64,000 nucleotides of DNA from an uncultured Gammaproteobacteria bacterium (lineage in GTDB: Bacteria > Pseudomonadota > Gammaproteobacteria > JABCZS01): assembly GCA_963848305.1 (NCBI GenBank), contig CAWKDC010000001.1, forward strand, positions 192,001 through 256,000, written 5' to 3'. The number at the start of each line of letters is the position of its first letter. Within the stretch, counting starts at the first letter, position 1. Position numbers and translations under genes: made by a program. This document shows, one piece after another, positions 28,134-37,679 of the stretch. The notes under the pieces were generated by a model that searched no databases, was not told the origin of the DNA, and saw only the letters and a list, made by a program, of their open reading frames with translations.

Positions 28134-29651
28134 TTAATGCTTTTTACGTAATTCAGAAATAATCTGCTTCAATGCTATCACTTCTTTTTGAAGCTTCTTG
28201 AAGTGAAGCTCGATAGTATATTTCTTTTGTGCCATGATAGACAAGTCTCTTTCAAGTTGAATTTCGCGGCTGGAAGCTGAGGGAATTTCCTGGCATTTAG
28301 CGTGTAACTTTTCAATGAGCGCACGATCTTTTTCGCGTGTTAATTCGAAAGATTTTTTCAGGGAATGCATGGCAAGCTCATGTTGTTTGATAAGCTCGGC
28401 CTTTTCCTTCTGAATGTAGTGCATGGCTGATTTTTTGGTATTTTCAGAAAATGTCTGGCATTGATTTTCAATGTGCTGATGGGCTTTCGCTTGAATATTC
28501 TTTTTGTCCTCTTTTTCAAGTAACAGCAAATGTTCAATCTTTTCGACGCTGATATGTGCTTGACGTTTCACATTCTCGATTTCAAGGGCGTGCACATTGC
28601 GCTCTTGAGATAACAAATGTTCGAATTGTTCAATTTTAATCTGCGCCTGTTTGAGCAAGCTGTCTTTTTCCCTTTCGTGGGTTTGGCGCTCCTGATTCAG
28701 CAAATGTTCTAACCGTTCGATTTTAATGTTAAATTGTTGAGAAATACTTTCACGGTCTCTTTGCTGAGCAAGGTTTGCTTGTGAAAGGGCATGTTCTAAA
28801 TGTTCGATCTTAATTCGGTATTCTTGATTTGTTTTTTCAAGTGTTTCGATTGTTTTTGAAGACCGTGCTGTCAGTCTTTGTAATTCAGCATGAAATTCAT
28901 CTTCCATTTTCTGAATGACCTGAGCATTGATGATCCGTTGCTCGCCGATTTCCTTTTGGAGAATAATGTTTTCATCAATCACTTTGGTTTTTTCATGGGT
29001 GAGTTTTTCTATCAGTTGCTGGAAATGCGTTTCACGTGATTCCCGTTCTTCTTGGTGTATGCGCATTCTTTTATCTAGCTCTTGATGATGCGTGGCTTGT
29101 GCGCTCTGCATGCTGGCTTCAAAAAAATCTTGGAGTTCATTGATCTTATCGATATGTTGTTGGTGAAGTTCCGATATTTGAGCGGATTGTTCTGCTTGAA
29201 TTGTTTGGTTATAGCTATTGAGGCGTTCAATCGTCACTTGGAGGGTTTCGATGTCCGCATGAAGTTTTTCACAGGTTTGGTCAACACTGCGTTTTTCATC
29301 CTGAATATCCCGTTTCTCTTGTGCAATCGATTGAATCGATTTCTGCAGTTCATATTCGACTTCTTTTGCTTGAGCGAGTGTGTCTTGTAACGTTTGATTG
29401 TCTTGGAGCAGTTGGATATTGCGTTCCTGAAGAGTGGCCAGCAGGGTTTCTGTTTGGGCAATTTCTTCATTGGCAGCGGCTTGGTAAGCGGCTAGTTGCT
29501 CCTCGGCTTCTTCGTAGGAACGCTGTAATAATGACTTCACGCCGACGAATACGGTGGCAGAGAATTCTCGTGCTTGCTCATCGATGAAGGCCAAAGACTG
29601 TGTGGCTGTTGCCTTGATTTCAGGCAGACAAACAGCTTCTTCAGTTGACAT
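28134..29651 (-). CDS. long coiled-coil protein
   Basis: 505 aa, E/Q/K-rich heptads with internal KIE.LEH.L repeats. Confidence 0.8.
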   Translation of the reverse strand: MSTEEAVCLPEIKATATQSLAFIDEQAREFSATVFVGVKSLLQRSYEEAEEQLAAYQAAANEEIAQTETLLATLQERNIQLLQDNQTLQDTLAQAKEVEYELQKSIQSIAQEKRDIQDEKRSVDQTCEKLHADIETLQVTIERLNSYNQTIQAEQSAQISELHQQHIDKINELQDFFEASMQSAQATHHQELDKRMRIHQEERESRETHFQQLIEKLTHEKTKVIDENIILQKEIGEQRIINAQVIQKMEDEFHAELQRLTARSSKTIETLEKTNQEYRIKIEHLEHALSQANLAQQRDRESISQQFNIKIERLEHLLNQERQTHEREKDSLLKQAQIKIEQFEHLLSQERNVHALEIENVKRQAHISVEKIEHLLLLEKEDKKNIQAKAHQHIENQCQTFSENTKKSAMHYIQKEKAELIKQHELAMHSLKKSFELTREKDRALIEKLHAKCQEIPSASSREIQLERDLSIMAQKKYTIELHFKKLQKEVIALKQIISELRKKH

Positions 29652-29733
29652 GAGAATCTCCTATAGCATTTCCTAGAAGCAAGTATAGTATATTATGCTA
29701 GGCTATACAGTATACTTTGGTTAGGAACATATC

Positions 29734-30873
29734 ATGTCAAAAAAAATGAGGGTAGGGATTTTAATGGGCGGCAAGTCCGCCGAGCACGAGATTTCATTGT
29801 TGTCGGCAAAGAGCGTTGCGCAAGCCATCAATCCTGAAAAGTATGATATCACACTTATTGGCATTCACAAGACAGGCGAGTGGTTCTATTATGAAAATCT
29901 AACGACTTGTTTAGCGAATGATGAAGATCCTAAAAAGATTCATTTAAAACCTTCCAATAAACCGGTTGTCCTTTTGCCAAGAGGCGATGGGGCATCGCTC
30001 GTTAGTTTGTCTGATGGCAAACCTATTGCATTAGATGTTATCTTTCCTGTGCTTCATGGCCCCAATGGCGAAGATGGCACCATGCAAGGACTGCTGAAGT
30101 TATGTCATGTGGCATTTGTAGGAGCAGGGGTGTTAGGCTCTGCGATTGCGATGGATAAAGACGTGATGAAGCGGTTATTTGTTCAGGCAGGTATCCCGAC
30201 CGCGCGATTCCATGTGTTATTGGCGCATGAACAGGTAAATAATCCGTGTTCTTATGAAGACATTGAAACGACGTTGGGCATGCCCTGTTTTGTTAAGCCG
30301 GCCAATTTGGGTTCATCAGTCGGCGTGGCTAAGATTAAAAGTAAGGCTGACTTTCAAGCTAAAATTGATTATGCATTTCAATTCGATCATAAAATTTTGA
30401 TTGAAGAATATATTGAAGGGCGCGAAATTGAATGCTCTGTCTTGGGTAATGAATCACCAGTGGCATCATTGCCAGGTGAGCTCATTCCTCAACATGAATT
30501 TTACTCGTATGAAGCAAAATATCTGGATGATCAGGGTGCATTGTTTGAAATTCCTGCAGTTTTAAAAGATGAGGAAGTCTTAAAGATTCGCGAACTGGCT
30601 GTGAAAGCATACCAAGTATTGTGTTGCGAAGGTATGGCCCGTGTAGACATGTTTTTAGACAAAAAAGGCCGCTTGATGTTAAATGAAATCAATACCATTC
30701 CGGGGTTTACTAAAATCAGCATGTATCCTAAAATGTGGGATGCGACTGGGTTGTCATATCCCGAGTTAATTGATCAATTAATCATGCTTGCCTTCTCACG
30801 TTTTCAGCGTGAACAATCCTTAAAAACTAATGTAGAGCTTGCTACGGAAAATGCTGAAGAGGTGAATTCATGA
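29734..30873 (+). CDS. ddl: D-alanine--D-alanine ligase
   Basis: GGKSAEHEISL.SA, LHGPNGEDG, KPANLGSSVG, NEINTIPG. Confidence 0.96.
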   Translation: MSKKMRVGILMGGKSAEHEISLLSAKSVAQAINPEKYDITLIGIHKTGEWFYYENLTTCLANDEDPKKIHLKPSNKPVVLLPRGDGASLVSLSDGKPIALDVIFPVLHGPNGEDGTMQGLLKLCHVAFVGAGVLGSAIAMDKDVMKRLFVQAGIPTARFHVLLAHEQVNNPCSYEDIETTLGMPCFVKPANLGSSVGVAKIKSKADFQAKIDYAFQFDHKILIEEYIEGREIECSVLGNESPVASLPGELIPQHEFYSYEAKYLDDQGALFEIPAVLKDEEVLKIRELAVKAYQVLCCEGMARVDMFLDKKGRLMLNEINTIPGFTKISMYPKMWDATGLSYPELIDQLIMLAFSRFQREQSLKTNVELATENAEEVNS

Positions 30874-31574
30874 GTATCAAACTTCCCATTTGGGAAACAT
30901 TAGGCCAATCATTTTCCTTTGTCCGTCACCATATGCCACTTTTTTTAAGGGCATTGGCAGTGCCAGTATTTTTGCTGATCGTGATCAGTTTGCTTTTTTT
31001 AGGAGAGCTCACAGGCTCTATGCCGCCTGTGCTTTGGATCCGTGATTTGGTGACTGTCGTGATATTTTCGTGGATGATGAACGTGTGTTGTCGGATTGTG
31101 ATCACAGAAACGGCTGGCGATAATGGTTGGACGACGCGCGAAAATTGGACATTTGTTTGGTTGTTATGTTTATCATTTGTGATCACGGTCATGTCGGCGT
31201 TTCCCGCATTGATTTTGTATATCGTATTAGTGAACGTAGATCCGATTGTGGCAACGATCTTAGCTGTTATCGCATTTTTGTTACTGCATTTATATTTATT
31301 TGCACGTTTCGTTTTAGTCTTTCCCGCCACTGCCATGGGCGATCCCATGAGTTTTCGAGAAGCATGGGAAATTTCAGCCGGAAATGGATGGCGTCTTGTG
31401 ATACTTTTCGCGTTAATTCCCTTATTATACATGCTTGTTGCGATGGGACTGATTGCATTGTTGCCTATTCAATTATTCGCTGTAGTCCTGTCGATCATCG
31501 GCATATTTTTCATGTTGGTTGGCGTGGTCGCAGTATCGCTAGCGTATAAAACATTAAAGGGAAAGTTACTATGA
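30870..31574 (+). CDS. hypothetical inner-membrane protein (about 6 TM)
   Basis: hydrophobic ORF; overlapping start/stop with its neighbours. Confidence 0.8.
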   Translation: MSIKLPIWETLGQSFSFVRHHMPLFLRALAVPVFLLIVISLLFLGELTGSMPPVLWIRDLVTVVIFSWMMNVCCRIVITETAGDNGWTTRENWTFVWLLCLSFVITVMSAFPALILYIVLVNVDPIVATILAVIAFLLLHLYLFARFVLVFPATAMGDPMSFREAWEISAGNGWRLVILFALIPLLYMLVAMGLIALLPIQLFAVVLSIIGIFFMLVGVVAVSLAYKTLKGKLL

Positions 31575-32428
31575 AAATCTCTATGCTTCAAACCATCGCT
31601 GTGGCTATTGTGTCTTCAGTATTTGCCTCTAGTGCATGCGCTTCTTCCGAATCTTTTAAGCAAGGTTTATACGGCGGTGGAGCAATCGGGGCAGGTTGGG
31701 GTCAGGCCAGTTGGGATGGTATTACGGATATTTATGCCGTTAATGATCAGGGCTCTCCATTATCCTACGCAGCGAGTTGGGTTCCAAATGGTGATACCGT
31801 TGAAACAGAATTTGCCGGTAGGGTGATGTTAGGGTATCAATTTGTATCCAAACCGCTATACCTTGGATTTGAAGTCGGTGGGACGTTTTCAGAAGACTAT
31901 CAATTCGACCGTCATGAAGCAAAAGACTTTAATAATATATACTTCTTATCAACCATTTACGCTACCGCTGATGCCAACAATAAAGTAACCCTTGGGGGCG
32001 CGGAATTCAATGTTGACATGAAGCCGGGCTGGCTTATCACAAAGAATATTTTAACTTACGCCAGGGTCGGACTCGCTCTGAATAACATTGATATCGATAG
32101 TCATGCATCATGGACCACCATCAACACAGATCCATTGGGCGGATATCCTGCTCCCTACACGCTCAGTGCTCATGGTTCATCTCATGAATCGAACACTGCC
32201 TACGGCATTCGTTTGGGCTTGGGTGCTGAGTTTTTAGTGACTGAACATCTTGGCCTAACAGTTGATTATATTTACTCGTATTATGGGACAGTCACTACCG
32301 CATCAGCAAATGATGCAAGTACGGCACTGGTTGGCCCACCACAATACTATGATATCGGCGGCACAGACGCACCCGTAGTAACGGTATCAACACAAACAGC
32401 TATGCTAGGGTTGCTCTATCATTGGTAA
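31571..32428 (+). CDS. outer-membrane beta-barrel protein
   Basis: signal peptide, alternating beta strands, C-terminal aromatic (LLYHW); paralog of 43363..44202. Confidence 0.85.
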   Translation: MKISMLQTIAVAIVSSVFASSACASSESFKQGLYGGGAIGAGWGQASWDGITDIYAVNDQGSPLSYAASWVPNGDTVETEFAGRVMLGYQFVSKPLYLGFEVGGTFSEDYQFDRHEAKDFNNIYFLSTIYATADANNKVTLGGAEFNVDMKPGWLITKNILTYARVGLALNNIDIDSHASWTTINTDPLGGYPAPYTLSAHGSSHESNTAYGIRLGLGAEFLVTEHLGLTVDYIYSYYGTVTTASANDASTALVGPPQYYDIGGTDAPVVTVSTQTAMLGLLYHW

Positions 32429-32452
32429 AGGTGCAGCATGCTGCACCTTTAC
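32425..32452. repeat. perfect 28-bp palindrome (REP-like / bidirectional terminator)
   Basis: gtaaaggtgcagcatgctgcacctttac between convergent genes. Confidence 0.7.
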
Positions 32453-32471
32453 GGTAGGTTGTTGTGATCTA

Positions 32472-32990
32472 TTAGTTAGCAGGGGTAGCTTCCACTGCGA
32501 GGCAGACTGGCATATCATTCAATAAATATTTCTCGTATCCTGCTGGGCAATTCTTTGGGTCATAAAAGCACCTGTATTCTTGTTTCGTCGTTTTGCTGCT
32601 ATCGATTCTCGTGATAACATAGGGATCTTGGCATGAATTTATAGCCCCATTTCTGCATTCCGCATCTAATGCATAGCATATAGTAATCTTTTGACAGGGA
32701 TCGCCAATTTTTATATCAAAATTACAGGGAGGATTATTTGGCAGGCAAACCGGACCAGTAGTTAGGATGGTTTGACTATTAGTGTGCCTTACCTTACCAC
32801 ATACGGCTGTTTCTTCTGTTGCACAGACAGCCGGGTTGACAGATACCCCGCACGTCGGCGAACCATTGACGCATGTGGCTGCTATCGAGTTGCCACAACT
32901 GGGCGTTGTTAATGTACCACACCAAGCCGTTGTGACGGTTAAAGCTGTGCAGAGGGTCGTTAAAAGTAATCTTCTTGTGATGTGAATCAT
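32472..32990 (-). CDS. secreted cysteine-rich protein
   Basis: signal-peptide-like N-terminus; 16 Cys in total. Confidence 0.7.
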   Translation of the reverse strand: MIHITRRLLLTTLCTALTVTTAWCGTLTTPSCGNSIAATCVNGSPTCGVSVNPAVCATEETAVCGKVRHTNSQTILTTGPVCLPNNPPCNFDIKIGDPCQKITICYALDAECRNGAINSCQDPYVITRIDSSKTTKQEYRCFYDPKNCPAGYEKYLLNDMPVCLAVEATPAN

Positions 32991-33198
32991 ACTGGTCTCC
33001 ATAAGAAAAGGATTTTATATATATTAGATGATGGTATCTGAAATGGAAAGGCGTATAGGAAAGATAGTTCATTTAAATGCCAGTTAAATTGATTTTGCGA
33101 TCCCTTTGTTCACTAATCTTACTTGCTCAACATGTGTCATGTTGCAGTATTTATGGTAAAATATTGACATTTGAATTTTAAAGGAGCGAGGGTCTACT

Positions 33199-33833
33199 AT
33201 GGGCGAATTGCATTATGCAGCTGCCGCAGGGTCAGCCGAATCAGTCCGATTATTGCTTTCCTTAGGCGCTGATCCACACGCTAAAATTATACCTAGTGCA
33301 AATGAATCGGTTTATCTAAGGTTAAGAAAGCAACCAGCACTACCAGCTCTAAGAACCATCAATGGGTCGGTACCATTTTATGGATGGCACCTGAATTGAT
33401 ATCGACAGATCCCAAGTACAGCCAACAATCAGACATTTTTGCACTAGCAATCACCTTTTGGGAGATAGCCTCAAGCAAGATACCATTCGAAGAGGCCGAT
33501 AATTCAGTTGTGCCAGTCCTCATCGCCAGAGGAGATCGCGAAAAAATTCCTGCTGACTGCCCCCCAGAGTTTGGTCGCATTATCACACGTTGCTGGGCAC
33601 AAAAAGCGAGTGATCGTCTCGCGCTGGACAACGTAATTACTGAATTGAAACAAATGCATGGTGTTTCATCTGCTCCTGCAGCCGCATCATTGCCTGCCTA
33701 TCGAAACAATGTTGCACCTGCATCATCGGGTGCTTATACGCAACCGCAGCAACGGCCTCAGTATCAAGTAAATAATGTAAATTCTTTAACATCGACAACA
33801 CCCAACCCATTTACACAATTAAATAGGAAATGA
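33199..33833 (+). pseudogene. ankyrin-kinase gene with large internal deletion
   Basis: ELHYAAAAGSAESVRLLLSLGAD ankyrin joined out of frame at ~33308 to a kinase C-lobe (GLSKVKK...VGTILWMAPEL...SDIFALAITFWE) paralogous to 37100-37677. Confidence 0.8.
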
Positions 33834-33837
33834 AATT

Positions 33838-35097
33838 ATGCTAAATCCAAATCGAGGATTAAATAATGTCTCGCAGATACCTGCAGAGCTTTCTGCCCTG
33901 CGTGTTAGAGCTCATTCTGGAGATAAAGAAGCGCAGTTTCAGTGGGGCGTAGAATATCATACCGGGAAAAATATACCGCAGGATTTGAATAAGGCTGCAC
34001 ATTGGTATTTGCAATCTGCAAACCAAGAGCATCGTAGCGCACAATTTAATTTAGGATTTCTTTATCAGAATTTGAATCTTCCACAATATTTGCCTTCAGC
34101 CATCTATTGGTATAAAAAAGCAGCAGCAAATGGCAGTACGCGCGCTCAGAAAGCATTGGAGCAATTGGATGAAGTCGAAAAACCCAAACAAGAAAATCCA
34201 GCGGTCGCTCCTGTTGCAAACGCTAATAACAATAATAATAAAGTAACTGAACCTAAAAAAACTTTAGTGCGCCCACCTGTAATCCCCTACAAAGCATTAA
34301 CCATTGGTAAAAAATTGGGCGAAGGTGCTTTTGGTGTTGTGTATCAAGCAAAGCGCGGATTAGAAGATGTCGTGGTGAAACAATTAAAATTACAGCCAAA
34401 TCAAGGATTATCTCCTGAGGCATTGGTTGATTTTGAAAATGAAGCCGGCGTTCTGGAGAAATTGCGCTCTCAATTCATTATCGCAATACGAGGTATTTGC
34501 ACACAACCCTATTGCATGGTCTTAGAATTTGCCTCGGGAGGTTCATTAGATGATTTGTTAAGGAAAAACACTTCATTAGATTGGGGTAAAAAATTAACCA
34601 TTGCATCGGATATTGGTAAAGGCTTAGCTTTTTTGCACAGCCAAGATCCTATTATATTACATCGAGATTTGAAAAGTGAAAATATATTACTCGATGAAAA
34701 TGGGCGTGCAAAATTAGGGGATTTTGGTTTGGCTAAATTAAAATATAAAACGCAAGTCACCACAGGAGCCGCAGGCACCATAACCCATATTGCACCAGAG
34801 TTGTTCACGGCGCGCCCACATCATAGCGAGGCAAGCGATGTGTACGCCTACGGGATCGTTTTATGTGAAATTGCCACGCGTCAAAAGCCCTTTGCGGGCA
34901 TACATCCTTATGATATTGCGCCCAAAGTCCTCCAAGGGGTACGTCCAGTCTTCGAACCAGAAAAAACAAACCCGCGCACCGCACCCGAGTATGCAGTATT
35001 GGTTGTGCATGCTTGGTCTCAAAAAGCTGAAAGCCGTCCCAAAATTACCGAGATTGTTCAGGGGATTGAAGAGCAGAAGAAGAAATTAGGTAAATAA
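33838..35097 (+). CDS. Sel1-repeat + eukaryote-like (TKL-type) protein kinase
   Basis: two Sel1 repeats; GEGAFG, VVVK, HRDLKSEN, DFG, APE, SDVY intact. Confidence 0.9.
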   Translation: MLNPNRGLNNVSQIPAELSALRVRAHSGDKEAQFQWGVEYHTGKNIPQDLNKAAHWYLQSANQEHRSAQFNLGFLYQNLNLPQYLPSAIYWYKKAAANGSTRAQKALEQLDEVEKPKQENPAVAPVANANNNNNKVTEPKKTLVRPPVIPYKALTIGKKLGEGAFGVVYQAKRGLEDVVVKQLKLQPNQGLSPEALVDFENEAGVLEKLRSQFIIAIRGICTQPYCMVLEFASGGSLDDLLRKNTSLDWGKKLTIASDIGKGLAFLHSQDPIILHRDLKSENILLDENGRAKLGDFGLAKLKYKTQVTTGAAGTITHIAPELFTARPHHSEASDVYAYGIVLCEIATRQKPFAGIHPYDIAPKVLQGVRPVFEPEKTNPRTAPEYAVLVVHAWSQKAESRPKITEIVQGIEEQKKKLGK

Positions 35098-35117
35098 ATA
35101 CAATCAAGGGGCGTATT

Positions 35118-37677
35118 GTGTTAAGAAAAATATTCACTGGAACTAGAATTTCACAAGACACACTCAAAAGAGTGCGTAATAATGATTCTGAGTTAACCAC
35201 ATTACATTTAGCGGTACAAGAATTAACTGATGAAGATATATTAATTCTGTGTGATGCACTTAAAACAAACACAACGCTAAGCGAGCTTCGCCTTGACAAC
35301 AACAGTATCAGTGCTAAAGGCGCTCAGGCTTTAGCCAAGAATACAACCCTGACCGATCTTCACCTTAGCTACAACAATATCGGTGATGAAGGAGCCCAAG
35401 CCTTGGCTCAAAACACCACGTTACGCAACCTTTTTCTTGCAAATTGCGAAATCGGGGATATTGGCGCTGCGGCCCTTGCCAAGAATACCACCCTGATTAC
35501 ACTTTTCCTAGACTGTAACACCCATATCGGTGCTGTAGGCGCCCAAGCTTTGGCTCAAAACACCAAGCTGCACACGCTTTTCCTTCGATATTGCAAAATG
35601 GGGGATATTGGCGCTGCGGCTCTTGCCAGGACTAGCACCCTGATTGAACTTGACCTTACTATGAACCACATCAGTGATACAGGCGCCCAGGCTCTGGCTC
35701 AAAACTCATCGTTGATAAGGCTTGAACTTGACTCCAACAATATCAGTGATAGAGGCGCTCAGGCCTTGGCTACAAACTTTACAATGTTCAAGCTTAGCCT
35801 TTCGAACAACCAAATCGGTGCTTCAGGGGCTCAAGCCTTGGCTCAAAACACCATGCTGTTCACGCTTAACCTTAGTAACGAAGGGCACTCCTTAACTGGC
35901 TATGGCCGCAACAAAATCGGTGATACAGGGCCAGGCTCTGGCTATGAATACCACACTGATCACACTTGAACTTGATGGCAACAAAATCAGTGATGTAGGT
36001 GCGCAGGCTTTGGCTAGGAGCAGCACGCTAGACAGACTTGGCCTTAGTTACAACAATATCAGTGATGTAGGTGCGCAGGCTTTGGCCAGGAACGGCACGC
36101 TAAACAGTCTTGGCCTTAGTTACAACAATATTAGCGAGGTAGGTGCCCAGGCTCTGGCTCAAAATACTTTGTTGACTGAGCTTGGTATGTATGGCCTCAA
36201 AATCAGCGAGAAAATCAGAGTTAATAATTGGAATGCGCTGCGTAAAAATAAAGATAAGCATAGAGAACGATCAAAGGCACTTATTTCAGCATGTAAATCC
36301 CAAAACCTATCACAGGTTAAATTGCTTCTCCAACAAGGCGTTCGCCCCTATGGAGAATACATCGATAACGCACCTCAAAACTCAACTAATGAAACATTCT
36401 TGCATTTAGCAGTACGTTTGCGTAATGCTGAATTGCTTGCGTTACTTTTGCCGAGAAATCCAGAGACCTCAGCAAGGAATGCTGATCACCTTACTTATAT
36501 AGAACTTGCCAAACAGATTGGATTTCCCATTGCTACGACAGCTGATTATACCAAACCAACGCCTGCAATCAGTTCAGCAAGCACAAGTTCGAGTTCGAGC
36601 ACAACCTCAAACCGCCCAGCTCCAGCGGCGCCTAATCTTATGAATGACGCCGGGAAAATTACTTTAGAGCTAAACATTCCCTTTAAACAACTCAAAATAG
36701 GTAAAGAATTAGGTCGGGGCGGATTTGGGATAGTGTATCAAGCAGCGATGGGGCATCAAGACGTTGCGGTAAAACAATTACAGCAAAAGTTATCTAGTGA
36801 TGCATTTGATGAGTTTCAAAAAGAAACAACACTCATGGCGCGATTACGTAATCCTAAGATTGTGCAGTTATATGGTGTATGTATTGAAAAGGACAGCCCG
36901 TTATGTATGGTGATGGAATTTATGTCTAATGGTTCTTTGTATGATTTCTTACATGGTAAATCCCCATTGCTTTGGCCGCTGTGTATGCAAATGGCCTTAG
37001 ACATGGCATTAGGATTACATTATTTACATGCATCACAAATTTTGCATCGTGATATAAAAAGTCCTAACGTATTATTAGATAAAAACATGAATGCCAAGCT
37101 CACGGATTTTGGTTTGTCTAAGGTTAAGAAAGAAACCAGCTCTACCAGCACCATGCATCATAAAGTAGTGGGCACTGCCTTATGGATGGCCCCAGAGCTC
37201 ATGGCACGTGCTCCAGCATACAGTGTACAATCTGATATTTTTGCATTAGCGATTACATTTTGGGAGCTTACATCCCGGAAGTTACCTTTTGAAGATACAG
37301 ATAACGCTGTTGTGCCCACATTGGTAATGAATGGCGAGCGTGAGGCAATTCCCGCTCATTGTACGCCAGGATTTAAAAGCATTATCACGCGCTGCTGGGC
37401 GCAAAAGGCAAATGATCGCCCTGGATTAGATATACTTATTTCTGAATTAAAACAAATGCAAGGAAATGTACCTGCCTCTGCACCTGGGATTGCAGCAATT
37501 CCTGCGCCAATTCACGCAGCAACGCCTGCTGCAAGACCTGCCTATCAAAACAATATAGCGCCGCCTTCGTCTTCTCCTAGTTATATGCAACAACAACAGC
37601 CTTTCTATCAAGTAAATAATTTAAATTCAGCATCATCGGGATCATCCAATCCCTTTAATCAATTCAATAGGAAATAA
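35118..37677 (+). CDS. LRR (24-aa RI/GALA-like) + ankyrin + TKL-type kinase; 2-nt frameshift at ~35928
   Basis: repeats of NTTL..L.L..N.IGD.GAQALA continue across the frame break; ETFLHLAV ankyrin; GRGGFG, VAVK, HRDIKSPN, DFG, APE intact. Confidence 0.88.
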
Positions 37678-37679
37678 AA

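Noticed and set aside
28134-29651. SMC/Wadjet-type defence ATPase
   Set aside because: Coiled coil only; no Walker motifs or partner genes.
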